Shown here: piece by piece, positions 29,613-38,513 of the stretch
Position numbering within the stretch: the first letter of the stretch is position 1
How the letters are laid out: every line of letters starts with the position of its first letter
DNA from: a virus
Virus record (IMG/VR): IMGVR_UViG_3300008954_000002
Coordinates: 32,001 to 96,000 of that record
Reading direction: 5' to 3' (one strand)
DNA length: 64,000 bases
Notes under the pieces: generated by a model
Told to the model about the DNA's origin: nothing
What the model saw: only the letters and a program-made list of their open reading frames with translations
Databases searched by the model: none
Position numbers and translations under genes: made by a program

Positions 29613-30269
29613 ATGGGAATAAAGAAAATAACAGGCATTCCTGAAATAGACACTATAGCTAACGCCTTATCTAAGAAGTTTGGTGGCAAGGAAGTGCTTA
29701 CTCTTGGCCCAAGAATTAAAGAGGCCAACCCAATCCCTACAGGCTCTCTATCTCTAGACTGCCAACTAGGTATAGGCGGAATACCAGACGATAGAGTAAT
29801 AGAGCTGTTCGGCCCATCCTCAGCCGGGAAAACCTCCTTAGCCCTACAGTTTATGCGTCAGTACGTAGACACTAGAGGATATGATCGCCCCCCTGCCTTT
29901 ATTGATCTAGAAAGAACTACTGGACTAGATCTTATACAGGGCATGGGTATAGACCCTGATAGAATTCTATTCTGCTATCCAGATACAGCTGAAGAAGCAC
30001 TACAAATAGCTGCTGACCTAGGCCGTAGTGGTCAAGTAGGCATGATTATATTCGATTCAGTAGATGCGGCTCAGTCTGAGAAAGAGACTAAGAGACAAAT
30101 GGATGAGCTTGGTGTTGGCGATCTACCGAGAGTAATGTCAAAAGCACTAAGAACTATATCCAAGATAGCTACAGACAATAAAGTTGCTTATATCTTCATA
30201 AATCAAATCAGAATGAAGATCGGTTGTGTTGCTCCAGATACTAACATAACCTGGCGACAAGTTGACTAA
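29613..30269 (+). CDS. recA: RecA N-terminal part plus 14-aa split-intein N-fragment
   Basis: PTGSLSLD..LGIGG.P; ELFGPSSAGKT; IFDSV; FINQIRMKIG, then CVAPDTNITWRQVD-stop (IntN 30225-30266). Confidence 0.92.
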   Translation: MGIKKITGIPEIDTIANALSKKFGGKEVLTLGPRIKEANPIPTGSLSLDCQLGIGGIPDDRVIELFGPSSAGKTSLALQFMRQYVDTRGYDRPPAFIDLERTTGLDLIQGMGIDPDRILFCYPDTAEEALQIAADLGRSGQVGMIIFDSVDAAQSEKETKRQMDELGVGDLPRVMSKALRTISKIATDNKVAYIFINQIRMKIGCVAPDTNITWRQVD

Positions 30270-30296
30270 GTTGATTTATAGTACTATCCTATATAT

Positions 30297-31166
30297 ATGA
30301 AAAATATATGCAGAGTTTGCTCAACCCGAATAGAGCAATCTAAAAAATACTGTTCAAGAAGCTGTTATCATACAAGTCGCAAAGGCATACCTAGATCAGA
30401 GTCTTTTAAAGAAAAAATAAAGCTTGCTCTTATCGGCAAACCACTTTCTCAAGAGAGAAAAGATAAAATAGGCTTAGCTAATTTAAAAAAAGAAGATTTG
30501 TATATAGAAGAACTTAAGTACCTTTGGTCCATAAGATATATTCAAGACTATTATGCAGTAAAAAGCCACATGAACTTTCCCCATTCTTTAAGAGTCTACA
30601 ATAGACTAAGGAAGAAATATGCAAGCTATCTTATAGAGTGCAAGCCCATCTCCCATCTCCCTGTTACCCTTCAAAAAATGAAAACAGAAAGATGGGAACA
30701 ACTACTTCTTGATCTTAAAACAATGAGAACAAGAGCAGTTTTGGCTAAATGGAGAATAGGCGAAAAAACCATTCGGAGAATTTTAGAAGCCTATTCACTT
30801 CAATGGATCTCAAGCTCTAGACGCTATGGTCAAGAAACCTCAATAGAAAAAACAGTGAGGATATGGCTTCAAAAGCAGGAAGTAGAATTTACACAAGAGT
30901 ACTCTCTTGGCTCTTACTTTTATGATTTTAGAATAAGAAATTTACTTATTGAAGTTCATGGGGACTACTGGCACTGTAATCCTCAGATCTATAACGAGCC
31001 GATATCAGCTACTCAAAAACGAAACCTCATAAACGATAGCCTTAAATTTTCATTTGCCTCTAAAGAGAATTACGAAGTTTACTATATTTGGGAATATGAT
31101 TTAAAAAGAAATACTCAAGCTGAGTTAGATAAACTCAAGGACAAAATAAATGAACTCAACAATTAG
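30297..31166 (+). CDS. Free-standing homing endonuclease (Zn finger, NUMOD3-like repeats, Vsr/DUF559-type nuclease)
   Basis: CRVC...YCSRSC; KG.PRSE..K.KI and GKPLSQE.K.KI; ETSIE...YDF...IEVHGDYWH...D..K......IWE. Confidence 0.85.
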   Translation: MKNICRVCSTRIEQSKKYCSRSCYHTSRKGIPRSESFKEKIKLALIGKPLSQERKDKIGLANLKKEDLYIEELKYLWSIRYIQDYYAVKSHMNFPHSLRVYNRLRKKYASYLIECKPISHLPVTLQKMKTERWEQLLLDLKTMRTRAVLAKWRIGEKTIRRILEAYSLQWISSSRRYGQETSIEKTVRIWLQKQEVEFTQEYSLGSYFYDFRIRNLLIEVHGDYWHCNPQIYNEPISATQKRNLINDSLKFSFASKENYEVYYIWEYDLKRNTQAELDKLKDKINELNN

Positions 31167-32064
31167 CGAGCTTTTCTTAGCGCTAGGGCACCCACAAGAA
31201 AACCTTGTAGAGGACTCTCCAGTAGATGTCAAAGATAAAAACTTTGAGATAGAGAGCTTCGATTTTAGCACAAACCAAAACACTTGGAAGAAAATCTTAA
31301 CAATAGTTAAGAAACCAAAAACAAAAGCCTATATTGTATCCGCAGAAAGTAGGGCCTTTACTTGTTCACCAAATCATAGAATAGCAATATCTCTAGATAA
31401 AGACCTAACAGGTCTACATTTTGTTGAAGCATCTGAATTAGTTTCATTTAAGAAACCCTTTTATTGTAAAACTCCTAAAGGTTTAGTACAAGCATCTGTA
31501 GTTCAGACAGGCAAAGAAACCAATATTCTAGATATAGAAGTAGAAGATACTCATTCTTACTACTCTAACGGAATACTTTCTCATAATACTCTTTATGGCA
31601 ATCCAGAGGCTACATCGGGAGGAAATGCCCTACCCTACTATAGCTCTGTACGCCTTAGAGTAACTTCTAAAGCATCTCCTACACAGAAAGATGCCTTGAG
31701 TATGAAAGTAAGAGTAGTAAAGAATAAAATGGCCCCTGCTTTATCAAAGCAAGCAGAATTTACTTTCATATGTGCACAGGGCACAGATATATACGATGAT
31801 ACATTTGAATTTGCTAAGTCTATTGGCTTAATAAGATCTGCAGGCTCTGCAGTAAAAATTACAATGCCGGGTAAAGAAGAAGAGACATTATGTACTGGAG
31901 GAAAGCTTGGCGCAAGACAGCACTTTATTGAAAATACAGAATACTTTGAACAAATTAGACAGGCCTGCTATAGTATTTCAGGGCTTACCCCGTCAGACTC
32001 CACTGGATCCGAACTTGATACAAATAGTTCTACTTCAGAAGAGGATGTCGTCATTAATCAGTGA
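31150..32064 (+). CDS. recA: Split-intein C-fragment (146 aa) plus RecA C-terminal part
   Basis: CSPNH (block B); ILDIEVEDTHSYYSNGILSHN (to 31587), then TLYGNPEATSGGNALPYYSSVRL...VVKNKMAP. Confidence 0.92.
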   Translation: MNSTISELFLALGHPQENLVEDSPVDVKDKNFEIESFDFSTNQNTWKKILTIVKKPKTKAYIVSAESRAFTCSPNHRIAISLDKDLTGLHFVEASELVSFKKPFYCKTPKGLVQASVVQTGKETNILDIEVEDTHSYYSNGILSHNTLYGNPEATSGGNALPYYSSVRLRVTSKASPTQKDALSMKVRVVKNKMAPALSKQAEFTFICAQGTDIYDDTFEFAKSIGLIRSAGSAVKITMPGKEEETLCTGGKLGARQHFIENTEYFEQIRQACYSISGLTPSDSTGSELDTNSSTSEEDVVINQ

Positions 32065-32323
32065 GCAAGAATCAGTGAGTAAAGAGCCCGAACTACTTCT
32101 TATTACTTGTGCAACATGCTCACGCGCCATATATACAGCTAAGCTAGAGAGTGGTCTTCGAACTAGACCCAATACTAGCTATGGCTTATGCAATGATTGT
32201 GGCCACGAGTTTTGCCTAGACTGCTTAAACACAAAAATGAGCTGCAGTGACGACAAATGGCCTGTCGCCTATAGTGGCTTTAAATGCAAGGGATGCTATG
32301 AGTCAAGCGAGAACGTACCTTGA
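32045..32323 (+). CDS. Cys-rich cross-brace zinc finger (RING/FYVE-like)
   Basis: CATC...CNDCGHEFCLDC...CKGC; start placed at the ATG near the recA stop. Confidence 0.55.
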   Translation: MSSLISEQESVSKEPELLLITCATCSRAIYTAKLESGLRTRPNTSYGLCNDCGHEFCLDCLNTKMSCSDDKWPVAYSGFKCKGCYESSENVP

Positions 32324-32505
32324 GTTAGAAGAAAAACACAAAACTAAGCAAGCTGACCTACAGCTTGCTCAACTACAAGCCCACTTCTGGAAGAATGCTT
32401 TCTATGAACTTACAAATAGAATAGCAAGACTAGTTCCTGAAGCTAATATCGATCCCACATCCTATCTCCTAGAATGCGAAGCACACTTAAATAAGGAGAT
32501 ACAGA

Positions 32506-33819
32506 GTGTCAAACTTAAAAAACCCTAGCAATTTCGTACATTTACATGTCCACTATGAAACGAGTCTCCTAGATGGCATTAATAGAATAGATACACTGCC
32601 TGAACATGTTAAAAGCCTTGGCCAGACCGCCCTTTCACAGACGGACCACGGTAATGTATCCGGTTCATATCGGTTCTTTAAGGCTTGCAACAAGGCTGGC
32701 ATCAAGCCAATCATTGGGATGGAGGCCTACTATTCTGTCGAGGACAGGACTGTACGCGAAGCAGACGACCTAGAGCAGGCTTACTATCATTTAATCTTGA
32801 TAGCTCTTAACAATGAAGGGCTACATAACCTGTTTAAGTTATCCTCTTATGCTTACACAACTGGATTATATAGAAAACCAAGACTCGATGACGATCTATT
32901 AGGACAATATAATAAAGGTATCTGCGCCACATCAGCATGCCTTGGAAGCAGGGCATCCCAACTGATTCTTAGAGGCAGAAACCAAGAGGCCGAGAAGCTA
33001 ATACACCATCATGCAGCCTTGTTCTCGAATAGGTTCTTAATTGAACTTCAGCTACATGACGACCCAGAACAACAACTCGTCAATAGAGTACTTATGGATA
33101 TTGCCAAGCGCAACGATTACCCAATGGTACTCTCTAATGATGGACACTATACTCATGAAGCAGACAAGTATCTTCATGAAGCTGCTCTTTGCATGCAAAC
33201 CCGTTCAGTACTAAGTGATGAAAAGCGGTTTACATTCGGAGAGATAGATGTTCATGTAGCACATCATGATTGGATGTGGCATCGCGCAGACATGCAGGGT
33301 ATTCCCTATGAGAGTATTACAAATACTGTTGCTGTAGCAGATATGGTTGATGCAGATTCTTACTTTGAAGACAGAATTAATCGCTATCCAAAGTTTCAAG
33401 GACTGCCTCCAGAGCTTACTTCTGACAATGCCCTTGAAAGAGTAGCTAAAGAAGGTCTCTACAATCGTTTTGGAGAGATGCCTCCAACAGAGTATAGAGA
33501 GCGTCTTGATTCAGAGCTAAAAGCTATCAAGATCATGGGCTTCTCAGATTACATGTTAATAGTTTGGGAGCTTTTAAATGGTGCGAGGAGTGAAGGTGTC
33601 TTAACCGGACCAGGCCGTGGATCGGCAGCAGGCTCCTTAGTTGCATATGCCCTGAGGATAACAGAAGTAGATCCTATTGAGTATGGGCTTATCTTCGAGC
33701 GTTTTTTAAATAAAGGTCGATCTGCAACCCCAAAACTCTTCACTAGGCAAATGCTTGACCAGATCTTAGACAAAGACGAAAACAGTACCTTTGAAGAAAT
33801 AGAAGAGGCAGTAGGATAA
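32506..33819 (+). CDS. dnaE: DNA polymerase III alpha, fragment 1 (PHP domain to GS motif)
   Basis: FVHLHVH..TSLLDG, TDHG, GMEAY, SND.HY, GPGRGSAAGSLVAY, FERFLN; ends before the catalytic DxD. Confidence 0.93.
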   Translation: MSNLKNPSNFVHLHVHYETSLLDGINRIDTLPEHVKSLGQTALSQTDHGNVSGSYRFFKACNKAGIKPIIGMEAYYSVEDRTVREADDLEQAYYHLILIALNNEGLHNLFKLSSYAYTTGLYRKPRLDDDLLGQYNKGICATSACLGSRASQLILRGRNQEAEKLIHHHAALFSNRFLIELQLHDDPEQQLVNRVLMDIAKRNDYPMVLSNDGHYTHEADKYLHEAALCMQTRSVLSDEKRFTFGEIDVHVAHHDWMWHRADMQGIPYESITNTVAVADMVDADSYFEDRINRYPKFQGLPPELTSDNALERVAKEGLYNRFGEMPPTEYRERLDSELKAIKIMGFSDYMLIVWELLNGARSEGVLTGPGRGSAAGSLVAYALRITEVDPIEYGLIFERFLNKGRSATPKLFTRQMLDQILDKDENSTFEEIEEAVG

Positions 33820-33833
33820 CCCTACTGCCTCTT
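33803..33833. terminator. Hairpin between convergent genes (possible bidirectional terminator)
   Basis: Perfect 13-bp inverted repeat AAGAGGCAGTAGG/CCTACTGCCTCTT spanning the dnaE-1 stop. Confidence 0.65.
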
Positions 33834-33858
33834 TAGTCCTATAATAGCTATTTCTTAA

Positions 33859-34185
33859 CTAGAATAGTATTGAATCAATTACACGCCAGATACTAACACC
33901 ATCGCTTACAAGCCATAGCCTACCGCCATTTGCTGCTATAGCCTCAGAAGCAAATACTAGTCCCGATGCTTTTACAGTACCATTTACATCAAGCTTTTGT
34001 GCTGGTGCATTAGTGCCTATACCTGCGCGATCATTGGTGCCGTCAGAATATATGTTGTAAGCATCATTGTCAGTTTCTACTCTGAAATCAAAGTCTTCAC
34101 CAGGCTCATTGAATACTTCGTTCTTGCCTCCTTTGCGGAGATACTTCCTAGAACTATGGCTACTTGATAAAAAGCTTTTAGGCGT
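33859..34185 (-). CDS. Tail-fibre-like ORF with no canonical start (absent from the ORF track)
   Basis: 108 open codons from ACG: TPKSF...VFNEPGEDFDFRVETDNDAYNIYSDGTNDRAGIGTNAPAQKLDVNG...WRVIDSILF-TAG. Confidence 0.6.
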   Translation of the reverse strand, partial: TPKSFLSSSHSSRKYLRKGGKNEVFNEPGEDFDFRVETDNDAYNIYSDGTNDRAGIGTNAPAQKLDVNGTVKASGLVFASEAIAANGGRLWLVSDGVSIWRVIDSILF

Positions 34186-34186
34186 T

Positions 34187-34555
34187 TTAAAACACCGTAA
34201 TTGTTAGAGCAGCAGCTGTACTTGATACTATCTCAATAGAATGTATTTCTAAACCTGTATTACCATACTCATATACAGTGTCTCCGGTCTCTTCAAAAGT
34301 GGGGAAAGCACTGCCCGCTTGCCAAGCTTGCACAGTTTCATCAGGCTTGCTCTGGTTTCTCTTTACAACTCGTGCACAGTTGTTTATTCTAAAAGTAATA
34401 GTATCAGTAGAAGCGTCTGTCATTATCTTCATATTCTGAGCGGGTCTACCTAATACATCAAACATATCGATCTTGTCCCCCGCAGCTACAGCAGTAATAG
34501 CTGTGACCCTTGCAGGACTTAAAACATTACTTGGTACCTTAGTGTAAGTTGCCAA
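34187..34555 (-). CDS. Hypothetical, probably virion-associated protein
   Basis: TTG start 5 nt after a strong AAAAGGAGG SD. Confidence 0.7.
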   Translation of the reverse strand: MATYTKVPSNVLSPARVTAITAVAAGDKIDMFDVLGRPAQNMKIMTDASTDTITFRINNCARVVKRNQSKPDETVQAWQAGSAFPTFEETGDTVYEYGNTGLEIHSIEIVSSTAAALTITVF

Positions 34556-34572
34556 GGCTACCTCCTTTTGCT

Positions 34573-36162
34573 ATGGAGCTAAAATTGAAAGAGAATATTA
34601 ATAATTATTATATTCCTGAACGAGTATCAGAAGTCGATAAAGACTTCCTTACTTTTGAGGAAGATATGATATCTACATCTGATGTGCAGATGATACTTGA
34701 CATATTATCTAACAAAACCCATCTAGTAGGCAAGCTACCCAACCCTCATAATAGTATACTTCTCTATCTTACTGGTATAACAAATACTTTTGATAAAACC
34801 AAGGCACGATCAGATACAATAGATGGTAGTCCCCCCGATGTGGATGTGGATCTAGCCGCATTAGAAAGAGATAAAGTTATTCAGTGGATAGTTAATCACT
34901 GGGGAAGAGAACAAGTAGCTAATATTATTACTCATGGTACTTTTAAACCTAAGTCTCTTGCAAGAGCATACTATAGAGTTACTGAAGGTGACGGTGGCGA
35001 TCTAGCTAAGATACTTAAGATGATTCCGCCAGCAAAGTATGGCAAGGAAGCAACACTTGAAGAGATAGTAGAACTACACCCAGAATTATCTGAAGAAGAA
35101 TGCTATACAGAGTTCTATACTGCTGCACAGAAACTAGAGAATATGATCTCTAATTTTGGGATACATGCAGGTGGGTTAATAATATCTGACTTTCCTATCT
35201 CTGATGTAGTACCTATATGGAAGAATAGTAAAGCTGACGCTATTACTCAGTATGACAAGAATGAAACCGAAGAGCTCGGTCTGCTGAAGTTCGACCTACT
35301 TTCTATTGATACATTATCTATTATTAAAGATACATTGGGCCTGATAAAAAGAGATCTAGATATCGATATAGAACCATATACTATTCCAGATGGTGATACA
35401 AAAGCATACAAGATGATGAATGCTGGGCTACTTACTGGTGTCTTTCAAATGGAGACCTCTGGCAACGCAAAGAGATTATTCGAAGGTATCCAGCCACAAT
35501 CTATTAAAGAGCTATCTGATATTAGCGCCCTTAACAGACCTGGACCAGCTCAAGCTGGGCTTGATCGTACGTATATGGATAACAAGAAGAGAGGGTCGCC
35601 GCCCTCAGACCTACCAGAACCAGTTGCAGAGATTCTCAAGGGTACATACTGGACGCTTGTTTACCAAGAGCAAATAATGAATCTATGCTCTAAGCTCGCA
35701 GGCTTTACACTCCAAGAGAGTGACGATATTAGACGCGCATTAGGCAAAAAGAAGAAAGAGATCTTAGACTCTTATGAAAAGCAATTTGTTGAAGGCTGTA
35801 AAGAAACTGGTCTTGAAGAACTCTATGCTAAAAATTTATGGGAAGAACTACTAGGCTTTGCTGATTACTGTTTAGCCGGCGATACTCAAGTGCAAACAAG
35901 CGAAGGCTATGTGGCCATTGAAGATCTTATTAACAGGAACGACAGTCCCACCGTCTTATCTGTTGATAATGAAGGCAATCTCATCTATCAAGATATAGTA
36001 CAAAAACACAATAATGGCATTATGGGTCTATATGAATATACATTAGAAGACAACACTAGAGTTAAATGCACAAAGAATCATAAGTTTATGACTGCTACTG
36101 GTTCTATGATTGAAATAGACTCTGCATATAGATCTGAAGTAGACTTGTTAATAAAGGAATAA
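34573..36162 (+). CDS. dnaE: DNA polymerase III alpha, fragment 2 (palm/fingers) plus 97-aa split-intein N-fragment; start may be ATG 34666
   Basis: PDVDVD; HAGG; GLLKFDLL; GVFQME; ALNRPGP; VYQEQIM; GFADY then CLAGDT...TKNHKFMT (IntN 35869-36159). Confidence 0.93.
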   Translation: MELKLKENINNYYIPERVSEVDKDFLTFEEDMISTSDVQMILDILSNKTHLVGKLPNPHNSILLYLTGITNTFDKTKARSDTIDGSPPDVDVDLAALERDKVIQWIVNHWGREQVANIITHGTFKPKSLARAYYRVTEGDGGDLAKILKMIPPAKYGKEATLEEIVELHPELSEEECYTEFYTAAQKLENMISNFGIHAGGLIISDFPISDVVPIWKNSKADAITQYDKNETEELGLLKFDLLSIDTLSIIKDTLGLIKRDLDIDIEPYTIPDGDTKAYKMMNAGLLTGVFQMETSGNAKRLFEGIQPQSIKELSDISALNRPGPAQAGLDRTYMDNKKRGSPPSDLPEPVAEILKGTYWTLVYQEQIMNLCSKLAGFTLQESDDIRRALGKKKKEILDSYEKQFVEGCKETGLEELYAKNLWEELLGFADYCLAGDTQVQTSEGYVAIEDLINRNDSPTVLSVDNEGNLIYQDIVQKHNNGIMGLYEYTLEDNTRVKCTKNHKFMTATGSMIEIDSAYRSEVDLLIKE

Positions 36163-36164
36163 TT

Positions 36165-36488
36165 ATGCCCGGCGAAGCACAGAGATTAAGAGCTGCTCTT
36201 TCAGCTGCTTATAATAATAACCCTGCCCAAACCACTGTTAATGTAAATCCTGATAATGTAAATGTAAAACTATATGATCTTACAAGTCAGATAGATGGCG
36301 TTACTGCCACGTTTACATTCTCTCCTACTCCAAGTGCCTTAAGTCCTATTGAGATAATTCACGATGGGCTTACCCTTAGAGAAGGAGCCGCCAACGACTA
36401 CACCTTAAGTGGTGTTACATCTATAACTCTTACGTATATACCTGTTGTAGGCTCTTCTATGCAGGCTAGGTACGCAGAACAGTCATAA
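36165..36488 (+). CDS. Small virion-type beta-sandwich protein
   Basis: DLTSQIDG...FTF...DGLTL.EG..NDYT pattern typical of phage structural repeats. Confidence 0.45.
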   Translation: MPGEAQRLRAALSAAYNNNPAQTTVNVNPDNVNVKLYDLTSQIDGVTATFTFSPTPSALSPIEIIHDGLTLREGAANDYTLSGVTSITLTYIPVVGSSMQARYAEQS

Positions 36489-36702
36489 CTATCAATTCTC
36501 CTTGTCAAGCTATATAAAAGCATAGTCACTTGGTTTTAAGGCTTCAGATCTATAAGATGAAGTCACATCTAAGGATATGAAAACCACGCTGATTCTTGCT
36601 GACACTCACCCCAACTCTTATGGGGTACTTGTATCTAAAGATGTATTCTTCTCAAAAGAAAATAATAATACATAATTACTTAATTACAAGGAGTAAATAA
36701 TT

Positions 36703-38436
36703 ATGGCTAAAACTCAAATTCGATCTGAAGCGATTAAACTTCAGACCGCTAAAAGATTAATTGGTGGTGTAGACGGCAGCGCAGACGCTGAAGAAGTAGC
36801 AGTTGATAGTACATACTTCGATCTTGCTGCTGTCAGCGGTACAGATACTCTTCAAATTGTAGCTGAAGGCTTCCAAGACCTAGTTGGTGCAATGTTAACT
36901 GATAATACTGAAAATGGTATTGCAGTAACTTATCAAGATACAGATGGAACTATTGATTTTGATGTCAACGATCCCATAATTTCTCTAACTGGAGCTGTTG
37001 CAGGCTCAGCGACAATGACCAATCTGGGTAATGTATCTATTACCACTACTGCTACATCTGATCCAACACTAACCCTCGATGGCGACTGTAGTGGTTCGGC
37101 AACCTTTACAGACTTAGGTAATGCTACTCTCACTGTAATAGTAGCAGATAACTCTCACTACCTAGCATCTAGCTATATTTCAGATGCAACCTCTGAAGCT
37201 ACAGCAAATGTAATTGTTAAGCGAGATGCTAGTGGTGACTTTGCAGCCAATAACTTATCAGTAGCTGGTATTACAGCAAATGGTAATATTTCAGCAGTTG
37301 ACATGACCTTATCTGGCGATCTCTTGGTTAATGGTACCCAGACTTTTATGGATACAACCAGATGGCTAGTTAAAGATAAGGACATGGTCCTAGGTGTTGC
37401 TGGTGGTGAACGTCTTGCAGTAAGTCGTACAAACGCCTCTCCATCTGTTTACTCACAAACTGCTCATGGCTACTCCACTAATGATTATATCTACATATGG
37501 GGTGATAGTGGTTCTGTTTCTGATGGTGTTCATCAGGTCACTTCTATCGACGCCGATAGCTTCAGCATTGCTGTAGACACAAGCGGAGACACTGGTTCTA
37601 AAAGCTCCAACATGTCCCTTAGTGCAGTAACAGAAGCTACTGCCAACGGCGGTGGGCTCCATGTTCCTGGTACTAGCTTGCACAAGCTAATTTACAATAG
37701 CACTAATGGCTGGGACTCTACTGATGATCTTAACATTGCCACCGGAAAGGTGTTTAAAATTGCTGGAAGTGAAGTACTTTCTGCAAGCAACCTTGACAAT
37801 GCTGTCAAGGTAGAAAACGCAAACTGGGATAGTACTACGAACAAACAACTAACAGTTACAAATGGTGGTACTGGACTACAAGCTGTTACACAGGGCGATA
37901 TTTTGTATGCTAGTGCTACAAATACCATTAGTGCTGCAGGGCCAGGATCTGAATCTAATGTACAAGCTTGGGATGCTGCTTTGGATGACTTTAGTGGTCT
38001 TATCCAAACCCCAAACAAGATCCCCTACTTTGACAGTGCTACCACTATGGATATGTTTGACTTCAAAGATGAAGATAACATGTCTTCTAACTCTGATGCG
38101 GCATTAGCCTCACAACAGTCTATCAAGGCATATGCTGATAATAGTGGTGGCGCAGCCTCCCTATTTGCACATAGTACTGTTGGTGCTGGTGGCGTAGCCT
38201 CTGGGGACACAACTGCACACGGCGCAACCATGGTTGCTGGCCTAGATGCCAGTGGCATTTCTAATGTGGGTGGCGATGAAACAAAGTATATGGTCTTTCT
38301 AGACGGTATGCTACAAGACAAAGGTGCAAACGATGACTTTAGTCATGTCTATGACAACGATAACGCGCTTACCATAAAATGGCAAAAAACACTTTATGAA
38401 GGACAAACAATTGTCATTCGTGGCGCTACAGTCTAA
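36703..38436 (+). CDS. Tail fibre/virion structural protein
   Basis: Gly/Ser/Thr/Asp-rich; internal repeat (LTGAVAGSATMTNLGN / LDGDCSGSATFTDLGN); VTNGGTGL; SQQSIKAY; AAGGAG SD. Confidence 0.7.
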   Translation: MAKTQIRSEAIKLQTAKRLIGGVDGSADAEEVAVDSTYFDLAAVSGTDTLQIVAEGFQDLVGAMLTDNTENGIAVTYQDTDGTIDFDVNDPIISLTGAVAGSATMTNLGNVSITTTATSDPTLTLDGDCSGSATFTDLGNATLTVIVADNSHYLASSYISDATSEATANVIVKRDASGDFAANNLSVAGITANGNISAVDMTLSGDLLVNGTQTFMDTTRWLVKDKDMVLGVAGGERLAVSRTNASPSVYSQTAHGYSTNDYIYIWGDSGSVSDGVHQVTSIDADSFSIAVDTSGDTGSKSSNMSLSAVTEATANGGGLHVPGTSLHKLIYNSTNGWDSTDDLNIATGKVFKIAGSEVLSASNLDNAVKVENANWDSTTNKQLTVTNGGTGLQAVTQGDILYASATNTISAAGPGSESNVQAWDAALDDFSGLIQTPNKIPYFDSATTMDMFDFKDEDNMSSNSDAALASQQSIKAYADNSGGAASLFAHSTVGAGGVASGDTTAHGATMVAGLDASGISNVGGDETKYMVFLDGMLQDKGANDDFSHVYDNDNALTIKWQKTLYEGQTIVIRGATV

Positions 38437-38481
38437 ACAACACAATATATAGACATTAAGTATCTTTCTAAGGTACAACCT

Positions 38482-38513
38482 AGTGCGGGGGGAGAACCCC
38501 CCGCACTTTCTTT
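38482..38513 (+). terminator. Intrinsic terminator
   Basis: AGTGCGGGGGG-AGAA-CCCCCCGCACT followed by TTCTTT. Confidence 0.8.

Noticed and set aside
30270-31149. Group I intron interrupting recA
   Set aside because: Only 27 nt separate the recA-N stop from the endonuclease start, and the endonuclease overlaps the next gene, leaving no room for a ribozyme core. Intein motifs explain the break.
33715-34840. Translational bypass joining dnaE fragments 1 and 2 at a Pro codon
   Set aside because: The gap is about 1.1 kb and contains a strong hairpin and antisense genes; there is no stop right after the putative take-off codon.
36531-36586. Hammerhead ribozyme (three-way junction with GAAA)
   Set aside because: The CUGAnGA core is absent.
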